From assembly GCF_016433145.1 (NCBI RefSeq), contig NC_058130.1, positions 378,118,292 to 378,182,291 of the forward strand: 64,000 bases of DNA, given 5' to 3'. Under the pieces are notes generated by a model. That model ran no database searches and was not told where the DNA came from. It saw only the letters and a list, made by a program, of their open reading frames with translations. Positions 38,420-50,629 of this stretch are shown piece after piece. Both the position numbers and the translations under genes were made by a program. The stretch is from Gracilinanus agilis (lineage: Eukaryota). The stretch's first letter is position 1, and each line of letters begins with the position of its first letter.

Positions 38420-41400
38420 CATTTTTTTAATCATATGTTTTCATCTGTATTTATACTCTGACAGTTCTTTCTCTAGAGGTGAATAGCATTCCTTTTCATA
38501 AATCCCTCAGAATTATCTTGGATCATTGCAATGCTATTGATCATTCCACAATATTTAAGTTACCCTTCTATTTTTTAACCAGTACCAGATTTTTTTTTAT
38601 TATTATTGCTTTTTAGTACAGTTTAAGATCTGGTACTCCTAAGCCATCATACATCACTTTTTTTTTCCATGAGTTCCCTTGACTTTTTGTTCTTCCAGAT
38701 GATTTTTGTTATTATTTTTCTAGTCCAATAAAATAGTTTTTTGATAGGTATAGCACTAATTAACTAAATTAATTTAATTACAATAGCTCAGCCTACCCAT
38801 GAGTATGCGTAATTAATATTTTTTCCAATTGTTTAGATATAATTTTATTTGGGTGAAAAGTATTTTATAATTGTGTTCATATAATACCTGCATTTGTCTT
38901 GGAAAATAAACTACCAAATATTTTATATTATCAAGAGTGATTTTAAATGAAATTTCTTTTTCCAACTTTTGCTGCTTTGTTGGAAATATGTAGAAATGCC
39001 AATGTTTTCTGTGGGTTTATATGTATCCGGCAATTTTGTTAAAGTTGCTAATTATTTCAACTAGATTTTGAGTTGATTTTCTAGAATTCTCTATGTATAC
39101 CATCATATCATCCGCAAAGAATGATAGTTTACTTTCCTTATTGTCTATTTTAATTCCTTCAATTTCTTTTTCTTCTCAATTGCTTCCATTAACATTTCTA
39201 GTACAATATTAAATAATAATGATGATAATGGGCATCCTTGCTTCACTCCTGATCTTATGGAGAAGGCTTCTAATTTATCCCCATTGCAGATGATACTTGC
39301 TGATAGTTTTAAATAAATACTGATTATTTTAAGAAAAGGCCCTTTTATTCCATTGCTTTCTAATATTTTCAATAGGAAAGGGTGCTATAATTTGTCAAAG
39401 ACTCATTCTTCATCTATTGAAAAGATTATGTGATTTCTGTTAGTTTGATTATTGATATGGTCAATTATGCTGATAGTTTTCCTAATATTAAACCAGCTTT
39501 GCATTCATGGTATAAATTCTACCTACTCATAGTGAATAATCCTTGTGATATATTGCTGTGGTCTCTGCTAGATTTTTATTCAAGATGTTTACATCAATAT
39601 CCATTAAGGGAATTAAGTCTGTAATTTTCTTTCTCTGTTTTTGGTCTTCCTGGCTTATGTAGCAGCACCATTTTGTGTCATAAAAAAGAATTTGGTAGGA
39701 CTCCTTCTTTGTTTATTTTGCTAAATAGTTTATATAGTATTGGGATTAATTGTTCTTTAAATGTTTGATAGAATTCACTTGTGAATCCTTCTGGACCTGG
39801 CAGTTTTTTCTTTGGGAGTTCATGGATGATTTGTTCAATTTACTTTTAAGAGATAACATTATTTTAGGATTCTATTTCCTCTTTTGTTAATATAGGCAAT
39901 TCATATTTTTGTAAATATTCATCCATTTCTCCTACATTATCAGATTTATTGTCATATAATTGGACAAAATAGATCCTAATAATTGTTTTATTTTCCTCTC
40001 ATTAGAAATGAAATCACCCTTCCCATTTTTGATACTGGTAAATTGATCCTCTTCTTTCTTGTTTTTAATCAAATTAACCAATACTATATTTTATTTGAGT
40101 TTTTTCAGAAAACCAGTTCCTAGTCTTATTTATTAGCTCAATAGTTCTTTTAATTTCAATTTTATTAATTTCTCCTTTGATTTTTAGGATTTTCAATTGT
40201 CTTTAACTGGGGTTTTTAAATTTGTTCTTTTTCTAGTTTTTTTCATTGCATGCCCAATTCAATGATCTGCTTTTTCTCTATTTTATTGATATAAGCACTC
40301 AGACATATAAAATTTCCCCTGAGTACTACTTTGTTTGTATACCATACATTTTTTTTTAAACCCTTGTACTTCGGTGTATTGTCTCATAGGTGGAAGAGTG
40401 GTAAGGGTGGGCAATGGGGGTCAAGTGACTTGCCCAGGGTCACACAGCTGGGAAGTGGCTGAGGCCGGGTTTGAACCTAGGACCTCCTGTCTCTAGGCCT
40501 GACTCTCACTCCACTGAGCTACCAAGCTGCCCCCATACCATACATTTTGATATGTTGTCTTCTCATTGGCATTACCTTCTATGAAATCAGTGATTGTTTC
40601 TATGATTTGTTCTTTGACACATCAGTTTTGAAGAATTAGATTATTTAGTTTCCAATTAATTTTTAATTTGCCTCTTCATGAGCCCTTATTAATAATAATT
40701 TTATTACATTATGATCTGAAAAAGTTGTGTTTATTATTTCTGCTTTTCTGTATTTGCTTGTGAAATTTTTATGCCCTGGTGCATGGTAAATTTTTGTACC
40801 AGATGTTGCTGAAAAGAAAGTATATTCCTTTTTAACCCTATTCAATTTTCTCCACACCTCTATTAAATCTAACTTTTCTACACTTTCATTCACTTCCCTT
40901 ATGGCTTTCTTATTTATTTTTTTTGTTAGATTTATCTAGCTCTGATAGGAGAAGTTTGAGGTCCCCCACTAATATAGTTTTACTATCTATTTCCTCCTTA
41001 AGTTCCTTTAGTTTATCCTTTAAAAATTTGGATACTATGCCATTTGGTACGTATATGTTAAATACTGATATTTCTTCATTGTCTACACTGCCTTTTACAA
41101 AGATAAAATTACCTTCCTTATATCTTTTAATCATATTTATTTTTGATTTAGCTTTCTCTGAGAACATGATTGTTACTCCTGCTTTTTTGTCTCAATTGAA
41201 GCCCAATAGTTTCTGTTCCAACCTCTTACTTTTACTCTGTGCATCCACCTGCCCCAAATGTGTTTTTTTTTAAATGAACGGTAAGATTCAGGTTTTTAAG
41301 GCACTCTTCTCTCCACTTCCATTTTATGGGTGAGTTCATTCCATTTACATTCACATTTATGATTACCATCTGTGTCTTCTCCTCCATCTTAATTTTCTCT

Positions 41401-41991
41401 TTTAATCATGCCCTTTCTCCTTTCACTTTTTCAGTGTTTTGCTTTTAATCACTCCCCCCACTCTCTCTTATATTACTCCTTTCCCCAATACCCCTTTTCT
41501 TATTCCCCTTCTATAGGGTAAGATAAGATTCTATGCTACAATGAATCTGGCTGATCTTCCCTCTCTGAGCCAATTCCACTGAGAATGAGGTTTTAGTATT
41601 ACCTGTCACTACCCTCATTCTGCCTTCCAATGTAATAGTATCTCTGCCACCCACACACCTCATTAACAGCTCTTTATGTGATATAATTTACCCCATTTTA
41701 CTTCTCTCTTCCCATTTCTCTTGGTACAATCCTCTTTTTCACCCCTAGTTTTTTGTTTTTTACATATCATCCTAAAGAGTTTACTACCATATCCTCTGTC
41801 TATGTATACTTCTACTACTATGATAATTATAACAATTTTTAAGAGTTACAGATATCATCTTTCCATATAGGAATGTAAACAATTTGACCTTATTGGAGCT
41901 CTTAAATTTTTTCTCTTTCTTATTTACCTTTTTATGCTTCACTTGAATTTTGTATTTGAACATCAGATTTTCTATTTATGCCTTGATTTTT
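38420..41991 (-). mobile_element. L1, 3' portion (inter-ORF spacer, ORF2 endonuclease/RT with deletions, 3' UTR remnant); host of the ERV
   Basis: ORFs 40910-41167 (GNFIFVKGSVDNEEISVFNIYVPN), 40663-40893 (LDLIEVWR...EYTFFS...FSDHN), 39145-39372 (GDKLEAFSIRSGVKQGCPLSSLLFNIVLE). Confidence 0.92.
40353..40534 (-). mobile_element. Young SINE1_Mdo-type SINE nested in L1 ORF2
   Basis: 14-bp TSD ATACCATACATTTT at 40339-40352 and 40535-40548. Confidence 0.93.
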
Positions 41992-42481
41992 ATCAATAAT
42001 ATCATTAGCTTTAATTAGTTAAGGACTTCCTGTTCCCTTTCTCCCAACCATTATCCTGCTTCTCCTTCCCTAAGTCTATTAATAATAAATAATCTTAAAC
42101 TTACATCTGACTTGAGCTTCATCAAGAATCCTAGGGTCTCCAGTGAATCATATCCTGGGATAATTTGATGGAAGAGGAGTATTACATCTTGCAGAAACAG
42201 TGATCAATCTGCAGGCAATCTCAAGCATTATCCAAAGGCACAGGGCTTCAGTTGAGAATAAATAACTGTACAATTCTAACAACAGATTTCTTGCTTAGCT
42301 GGTAGCCCTGTGATACTGTTATCATCTAGAGTTTGGGATTAGCAGATTCAACATATTCAGACAACATCTACTGCAGTGGGTGATCCTTTTGGGTTCACTA
42401 TCATATCTTAAGTGTCTCACATAGGATTCAATACCCATAATTAACCCTGCTCCAGATTCACATTACAACCCTGTCATAACA
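41990..42481 (+). mobile_element. Truncated LTR (last ~490 bp), inverted relative to the ERV body
   Basis: Is the reverse complement of 50652-51141 (roughly 92-94% by eye); ends exactly at the LTR terminal ...ATAACA. Confidence 0.92.
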
Positions 42482-43823
42482 ACCTGAAAACATCAAGATT
42501 ATCATTTTTCTAAGTTGAACTCTACACTATGCTATACTAAGTCTCTTACCTCACTATCTACAATTCCCCCCAAAATAATAAAATTCTTAACAATGCCATT
42601 TCCTAAGCTCTCTATTCTTCCTATGCTAATGGTAAGGAGTAGGAAAGTTTTAACTGGGAAAGAATTTGGGTTTGAATACATATGGTGAACAGAATTTGAA
42701 CATGCTTATACAGTCAACAATGCAAGTTTGTAACACAAAATATAGTAACCTTTAAACTTTGTAACTTTTCCTTAACTGGCTCTATAACTATGCATAAATA
42801 CAAATAAACTATGTTAAGAAGACTACTGTCAATACATAACTGCAATTAAATATCTACATTAACACAACAGTTTTCTAACAATCTTAAATTCCTATGCTAT
42901 CTATACTATTATTAGTCCTTTTCCATACATTAGTAAATTTCTATCCTAAGTTAGAGTATTAATCCATTAGTAACATAACTACCTAAGTTCATAATATTTC
43001 TCATGACTAAACCTTATTAGCATATGTACAAGCCTATTTAATTAAACTTATAACCATAATTTTCTGTCCCTATGCTACCTTCCTATAAAAATCCCTGATT
43101 ATTCTGTCCCTAGGATTAGTAGAACTTATTATGGGTTAGTTTCAAATATAATACATATATACAAGGTTTTATGTGAAGTTTTAACAAAGAGAGTAAATCT
43201 AGCACTATTAACCAGATCAAGGAACACATTTTCTCCTTTGCCGTGGTTAAAGTACCTTTTTACTCTAACTATATATAACATATATACAAATATGTACATG
43301 TGAAGTAATTTAAGTGTTTATGTGTTGGACATATGACCTATCATGTCTTGTATTGTTTCATACTCACCTCTTAATTCTCCTGCCAATCAGCCATGGACTG
43401 TTGCATGCATTCTACAGTATGGATGCAATGACTTTATGACATGATTGTTATATGAGTATGTTAACCTTCTACAATTCAAATTTAATCTTCCACAGTTGGT
43501 CATGATATTGTTCTACTTCTGTGGTGATGTCATCCAAGTCACACAGATGTTCACAGTTCAGTTCTCTTTGTGTAGTCTGCATTGCCCTTTGCGATGTCCC
43601 ATGACATCCAGGTGTCTTCAAGCCTTCATCTGTACTGCTTTCACTATTTTGACTGGTGTCTAATTTGACTGAAGAGCTTGTCACCTTCGTTTATCTGGAA
43701 CTGTCATTTGTGTGATTGTGTTGAATTGTGTTTAAAAAAAATTGTGTGTTGCCACAAAGTTTTTTTTTTTTTGAAAAGTTGTCATAAATACGGCTTTATT
43801 ATTTCACTTGCTTCTTTAATCAT

Positions 43824-45110
43824 TTACTCATCGGTATCACTACTTTGGTCTAATGCAATTTGATCTTTTGACTGCTGTTCTTCTATGGCTGGGTCTTGTT
43901 GCTGAGGCAATTCTTTGGATGACTTGACATGAATGACATGGCACCATGGGTCTCTGTTTTTTACTTTGACTGCTGTAGGGGGTATCAAAATAATTTTGTA
44001 AGGTCCATGCCACTTGGGTTCCATGATTGATTTTCTATTAAAATTTCTGACATACACTGTGTCTCCTGATTTATAATTATGCAAGCTAAAATCAAATGGA
44101 ACTCTCTGCTGGATTAAGCCTAATCTGTGTAACTCATCTAGCCTTTCTTTCAACAGCTTGATATATTCATATGGTTTGTATTCCACTCCCAGATGTATTA
44201 AATAATCTGTCTCTTGAGGTGCCATGCCATGCCAGGGCAGTTGACCATATAGTAACTCAAAAGGTGATAAGTGAGGAATACTATTTAGTTGACTCCTGAT
44301 ATGAAACAATGCCATTAGTAAAAGATCTGGCCATTTTAGGTGTGTTTTAGCACAGAGTTTTCCAATCAGATTTTTGAGCTGTTTGTTCATTTTTTCAATC
44401 TGGCCCTATGACTGAAGATGATAGATTGCATATATATGTCTTTTTTATCCCTAAAACTGCATAAATGCTCTTTAAAATGGCATTAGCAAAGTGACTTCCC
44501 GAATCTAACAAAATAATTGCAGGGATTGAGAATCTTGGTATAATTTCTCTCAGTAGGATCTTGACTACAAAAGCTGCATTATTACATCTGGCCAGGAACA
44601 CTTCTGACCATTTGGTTAATTTGTCCACAATCACTAAGGCATATCTGTACCCTTGGCATCTTGGCATGGTGATGTAATCAATTTGCTAGTTGTTTCCCTC
44701 CAAGGCTTTTGACTTTGGTAATGCCTTAGTTGAATTGCATGCAAATCTTGCACCTCTGACACACTCTCATAGCTGTTGTAGTTATTCTTCTGGCTATCCA
44801 GTGCTTTTTAATGGAATCCACTAGGGCTAAAGTCCCATAATTACCTTTCTCATGCAAAGTATTACATAACATGTAGAACAATGATTTTGGCAAAAATGGT
44901 TTATCAAAAGCTGATATCCAAACTCAATTCACTAGATTTGTTCCAAATGTTCTTTCTAGTACTTCACTGTGGAGAATATGCATTTTGTAATTGAGTTTCA
45001 TCCACTAAAGATAAGTTCAGTACTTAAAGTGGTCCAAATCTAGCTCCAAATTTTACAGTGATGTCAGCCCTATGGTTGCCTAACTGCACTGTTCCTAACA
45101 ATCTTTGATA
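43824..45110 (-). pseudogene. pol: ERV integrase (decayed)
   Basis: HW...CQRCKIC zinc-binding remnant, YALVIVDKLTKW-EVF, IIPRF-IP-I--DSGSHF, MNKQLK, GPY/F domain (PKWHGPYKIIL-P-TAVKV...WCHVIHVK). Confidence 0.92.
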
Positions 45111-47050
45111 ACCTTTGCAATGAATTACAGAGAATTTTGCTGGTAATTGAATTCTTGCAAGAGATCACTTATTAAATGTCCATATGCAATTGCTTTTCCA
45201 TTTGACGTTATGAATCTGAGGTTTCTCCAGATTTCTCCTGAACAATGAACTACTCCAAACACATATTTTGAGTTTATGAAGATGTTAACCCATTTATTTT
45301 CTGCAATTTGAAGTGCTCTCACAAATACTAGGAGTTCTGTGCCTTGTGCACTTATTTTTTTGTGGCAGTGCAGAATACCACAAGGTGTCAGTCTGTGTAA
45401 CTACTGCAGCCCTGCTGTAGCGTCTTCCATTCACCATGTAGGATGAACCATCGGTATGAAGGTTCATATCGGCATCAACTAGGGGAACATCTGATGAATC
45501 CTTCCTAGTCTTCTGCACAACCTGCAAGGTGTCATTGCAATTATGAATATTTTCACCCTTTAATAGAAAATCTGGTAGTAGAGTAGCTGGATTGATGTTT
45601 TTGCACTAGTGGAATGACACATTCTCATTTGCTAGTAATACTGCTTGATATTGAGAATGTCTTTGTGATGTGAAAGTTTGCAGATTGGTATTCCTCAATG
45701 TTGTTTGTATTTGGTGTTGGGAATATAATCTGGGCTCTCTTTCCAATATCAGCTTTGAGGACTTTCGAAACATAATAGCTACTGTAGCCACAGTTTTTAG
45801 ACAACTGGACATTCTGCGGATCACCTGGGTCTAAGTTGTAACTATAGAAAGCAATTGGTCTTAAGTTATCCCCTAGAGTTTGCATTAGCACACCATAAGC
45901 AATCCCTTTGTCTTCATGGATGAATAGGTGGAATGGTTTTTCGTGATTTGGGATGCCTAAGGCTGGTGATGACATGATTGCAGCCTTGAGTTTCTCTATA
46001 GTGTGCTTGTGTTCTCTGTTGAGCTTCAACAGTTCTGTGACGTTCTTGGTTAACTCTGTTAGTGGTTTCACAATTAGAGAATAACCAGGTATCCACTGTC
46101 TACAGAAACTCATCATGCCTATGATTGCTCTTAGTTTTTTCTTTGTTTTAGGCAAGCTCAACTTTTAAATGTCTGCATTTCTCATTTGGGAAATTTTCCT
46201 GGTGTCCTTTTCTAGTATGAATCCTAAGTATTCTACTTTCTTTTTAATCCTCTGCAATTTTGTTTTGAACACTTTGTGACCTCTTTTGCATAGTTCTTTT
46301 AATAGATGCACACTGCCTCTCTGGCATATAGAAGCTGATGGTGACATTAGCAAGATGTCATCTGCATAATGTACCATTTTTCTCTCAGTAAAGGTAATTG
46401 ATTCTAGATCCTTTTGCAAGATTTGGCAAAATATTGAAGCGGAATTCGCGAAACCTTGGGGAATTCTTGTCCATAGGATTGATTTTCCCTCCCAGGTGAA
46501 GGTGAACAGCTTCTAGCTGTCTCTATGCATGGGTATGGAAAAGTATGTAGAGCTGAGATCAATGACAGTGAACCAGCTAGCTGTATCTGGTATCTCTGCA
46601 ACAATTCATAATGGACTGGGTACTACTGCATGTGTCTTCTTTACATAGTTGTTGACAGCCTTAAGATCTTGAACCATTCTCCACTGAGTTCTCCCTTCAG
46701 AGTACAGTTTTGCTTTTTTAATTGGCATAATGGGAGTATTGAACTCTGAGAAGCCATAGACAAGTATGCCTTGATCCAGGAGACTTTGGATGATCAGTCT
46801 TACACCCTCTACTGCTTCTTTGCTCAGTTTGAATTGAGGTGGTGTGCCTCCTTTGATTTTTATTTTTACAGGATCAGCAGACAGGATTCTTCCAACTTCT
46901 GTTGAGTTTTTAGCCCAGATTTCATTTGGGATATATCTGGAATCTCATATGTGTTGTTCTCTTGTTTGTATTCAGATTCCTCTTCTAGTTGACCTAAAAA
47001 CAATATTGGGTGATGTTTCAGAGATCTTTTTGGCAAGTGTAGATAAATCT
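45111..47050 (-). pseudogene. pol: ERV reverse transcriptase, connection and RNase H (decayed)
   Basis: SEFNTPIMPIKK...WRMVQDLKAVN, HYADDILL, VEYLGFIL, LRAIIGMMSFCRQWIPGY, LHTDGSSYMVNG, NIFINSKYVFGVVH. Confidence 0.93.
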
Positions 47051-47780
47051 TTCCACTAGGATCACATTGAATAGTGGCAGCTAATTTGCATAAAAGATCT
47101 CTCCCAGTGAGGTTGGTGTTATATTGAATCTCTGGGAGCTAGGAGTTCACTGTTGATTGACAGGTGAATCAGTTGGATGTTGAATGTTCCCAGAGATGCA
47201 TGCGGACATAGAAGAGGGCAGTTGAGAACCCTGGGAGAGGTTCTGGGGTCTTTACGTGTCCCTGAGGCTGGAGTTCAAGTGGATCCTGGTCTTTGGGGAA
47301 ATTCAGACTTGCAAACTGAACCCTGCAAGCTCCTCCTGTGTTTTCTGTATCATCATCAACCTGTATCAGACCACCATCTCTGTTTCTACTGCCCCTAGAT
47401 ATTAGGAAGTCCATCATCTTAGTCATCTAGATTTCCCAGGGCCCGGGAGGGATCTGGGAAGTGGGTAGGAGAAGAAGAAGAGGGTGGATAAAAGGGTGAA
47501 TATCTCAACCGATTAGGCTTAAGATCTACTGAAGAAGAAGCTGAAGATTTCACATTGAATGGACAGGATGGCATTAACAAAAATGAGTGATTGAGGGAAA
47601 GTGGGCCCAGCTTTATCATCTTTGCTTTAAATTTTGGAACAGACTGAGATAATCCTGAAGCACCATGGAACCTCAAATTGCCTTCATATTTGCATCGTGC
47701 TGGGATTTCCTATAAAAGATGTCCCCGTATCTAACATCACGTCATAAATATTTTCCCCAATTTTGATTGAAATTAGGGGT
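47050..47780 (-). pseudogene. pro: ERV aspartic protease (split by nested LTR)
   Basis: KPLISIKIG...VMLDTG (DTG at 47723-47731), HSFLLMPSCP-NLTGRDLLCKL. Confidence 0.9.
47117..47554. mobile_element. Nested solo LTR (438 bp) inside the ERV protease
   Basis: TG...CA termini, 4-bp TSD TTGG/TTGA; removing it plus one TSD restores in-frame CPFNLTGRDLLCKL. Confidence 0.88.
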
Positions 47781-49200
47781 TTATTTTGTTTATTGGATTT
47801 TACTGGAACAAGCAGCATCTGTGATTCCTTCAAAGACAACATGTCTTTAGGTGTAATCCAGTCCTGCATATGGTTTTCTTGCCTTAGCAGTCCATCATCC
47901 CTGTTGTCATCACTCAGTAATAATTCAGAAATCTCTTTTTGATTTTCTGAAATCATGTCTTTAGCAGCACACTGATGGAGTATTTCATACAGGGGCTGAC
48001 AGCATTCCCCTGCCCCTCTCACAGGATTCTGAGTTGTCATGGATACTCTGCCAGAGTTCACGGAGTGTTCAGAAGCTAGCACCTTTATCTTAGGGAGAAT
48101 AAGGCTTTGATTTGTGATTTCAGTTAACTTATCAGTTGTTGTCTCAAAGTCTGTAGAAGTAGAAATTTTTCCTTTGGCAGCTTCTGGATTTGGTATATGG
48201 TTAGAGTTTTCGCCATCCACTGCCTCGGGTTTAAGTTTTCTTGTCTCTAAGACTTGATGAATCATACTCTCCAGTTTACGCTTCTGTGGAGTTCCAGGCA
48301 ACTCACTGGAAACCTCTTTGTGTGAGTTAACCTTGTTAACTCTGCTGATTAACTCACTAGATTTTTGTTTGATCATGTCTATGTCCTTCATCCCACAACC
48401 CTTAGGTGTATATTCCTTTGCTTGTGGATTTAAACTTGAAACTAGATATCTTTCTGGTCTATATTTGTTCTTATATAACCCTGCTTCAAGATGAAGGAAT
48501 ACAGAGTTCCCATTAAATCCTGGAGGCTTTCCTCTTCTGCACTTTGAATACTATTTTCATTTACTGCATCTGAATGGGGTACTCTATTTTTTATGGGACA
48601 CAGCTTCATCTCTTGGGTTATATGTGTTGCTAGTGTGTTAACACAATGTAAATCCCTTTCACATTCTTTATCCAAGACTTCTTTTTGATCACAGCTTGGA
48701 ATAAAGTTATGAAGCTGTGGTTTCTGACCCATCAAACTGGATTGTAATGCTTCATCCTTTTGCAAACAATTACTAATCCTTCCTATGAAGTCCATTTGTT
48801 GCATATCCAAACCACCTTGTTAGGAATATGCTAACTAACTTTCTTCAAGCTCATTGCTTGATATCCCAGATACAACTTTCCTCATTTGTAAGATGTCTTG
48901 CCACTCCTCATTTTTTGCAGCAGTCTGATCACTACCCCTTGTAAATTCATTTATATTGTTGCCCAGCCTATTCAGTGTGCTGTCTTTGCCCTCTGCCTTA
49001 TTGCAGTCACCCTCTTTGTCTCAAATAAACTTCCATCGAATCCAATGTAGGAGACTGGCTAGATTTCCTCCATTTATGATCACAACATCTATCATGAGAC
49101 TTATCATCCTCATGATGCCCTGACATGATTGACCACTTGGAATTGTAATATGTCTTCTTGTTGTTATCACATTGCTCATTGCTATAAGACTTATTAAAAT
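47781..49200 (-). pseudogene. Uncharacterised Gag-Pro extension (~470-495 codons, hydrophilic, contains PAM2-like motif)
   Basis: ORFs 48442-48810 and 47684-48391 plus largely open frame 48841-49020; the last segment is in frame with protease. Confidence 0.65.
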
Positions 49201-50596
49201 TAATCTGCTTTTTATATTTATGAAATTTAACTATGTGGCCTCAAAGTCCACACAGATAGCATGTCTTTCCAACAATATCATTGCCTTTGTTATTATAGCC
49301 TCCTGATTGCTAGACTGACTTTGTCCCCTACTGGCTTGTAGTGCCAAGTTCTTAATCTCTTCATGCTCTTTCTCCTTTTTTGCATCCTTAAGCTATCTCT
49401 TTAAATCTGCAGTCAATGTAGCTTTCTCAGACTCAGATTCTCTAGCTGCTCTTTGTTCTTTCACCCAAAAGTCATGAATGTAACTAGCATGTTGTCTAAT
49501 ATCCTCAATGGAGAGAGTTTCCCATTGAGGGCAGTTCTGGCGAAAGTAATGTTGGATTTGCACTGCAGCCCCTTTGACAAATTGCCTACGTATGTGCTCT
49601 AAAGCTTCTGGTGACTGGTTATCCCTGTATCCAAGCAAATTCTCTACCAATTCTACTAGTCTGTCCAAGTATATATTCGGATGTTTGTCTTCTACCTGCC
49701 TCAATTTCTCAAATTTTATCCATGAGTTAAGCCTCTTAGCATATAATTTCATTGCTTCCAACAAATTGGTTTGACACCTCTGTAAATATCTCATATTGGC
49801 ATAAGACGATATCTCCAAGTCTTCATGAACAGTAGGCCAGGATGTCAGGTTTTCATTTGACCTAGTCTCTTCCATGAATTTATTTTTTCAGATGGTGTGT
49901 AAAATTCCCCCAAAAGAAATTCCACATCCTGGAAAGATGGATTGAACAGTTCAAAAGCCCTTTCCAGCTCTTTTATGGACTTATGTGGTGATAGGTAAAA
50001 TTTGGGGAATCTTCTCCTTAAAACTTCTAGGTCATTGACTGTAAATGCTTTATATGACTTCAAATGAACTATCCCTCCTTCCAGTTGAAGGATAGTTCTA
50101 TCCACAATGGGGTACAGAGATACGGTATTTGATTTGTCATCCTTTGCCTCAGTCTTAGTATCTGTAGAATTTGTAGCATCAGTGGCTGTCCCTATTTGGT
50201 TTTTTCTATTACCTCCAATTGCATTATTGTGTGGTTATCAAGTTGTTGACCCTCTCTTATCTTTTTGTTAATTTCTATGAGTTGTTTTATTTGGTCTTTC
50301 AGTGTTTGTATCAGGTCACTATTCTCTTGCTTTGGATGTCCCCACAAATGCTCAACTACTTTCTTCAATGCTCATAGTCCTTAAAAAATCAATATAATAA
50401 TAATTCCCAGAGTAGGCAGGAATGCTAACAATTCTGCCAGGCTAACTGCTAGCCATTTGTAAGAATCACATATCAGTAAGATTTTTAGCAGATAACCTGG
50501 AATAGTTTCGAACCATAATGTGTAAGCACCTTGGGAAATAGTGTATATCATTAGGCAGAGGCTTAATACTATAAAAGTCATTCTTCCCACAGCCAT
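49200..50596 (-). pseudogene. gag: ERV gag (hydrophobic leader, coiled coil, capsid with MHR, NC zinc knuckle)
   Basis: YKAFTVNDL...FNPSFQDVEFLLGEFYTPSEK (class I CA), HPNIYLDRL (MHR-like), CYLCGL*GHIVKFH knuckle at 49220-49261. Confidence 0.88.
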
Positions 50597-50629
50597 TTTT
50601 ATTTTTCTGCTTTGTCATTACTAAGTTCA

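Noticed and set aside
46355-46375. YADD instead of YVDD in the ERV RT
   Set aside because: A single substitution explains it in a heavily decayed copy; not interpretable without a consensus.
49100-49165. Second zinc knuckle in Gag (KTYYNSKWSIMSGHH)
   Set aside because: No cysteines and spacing does not fit CX2CX4HX4C.
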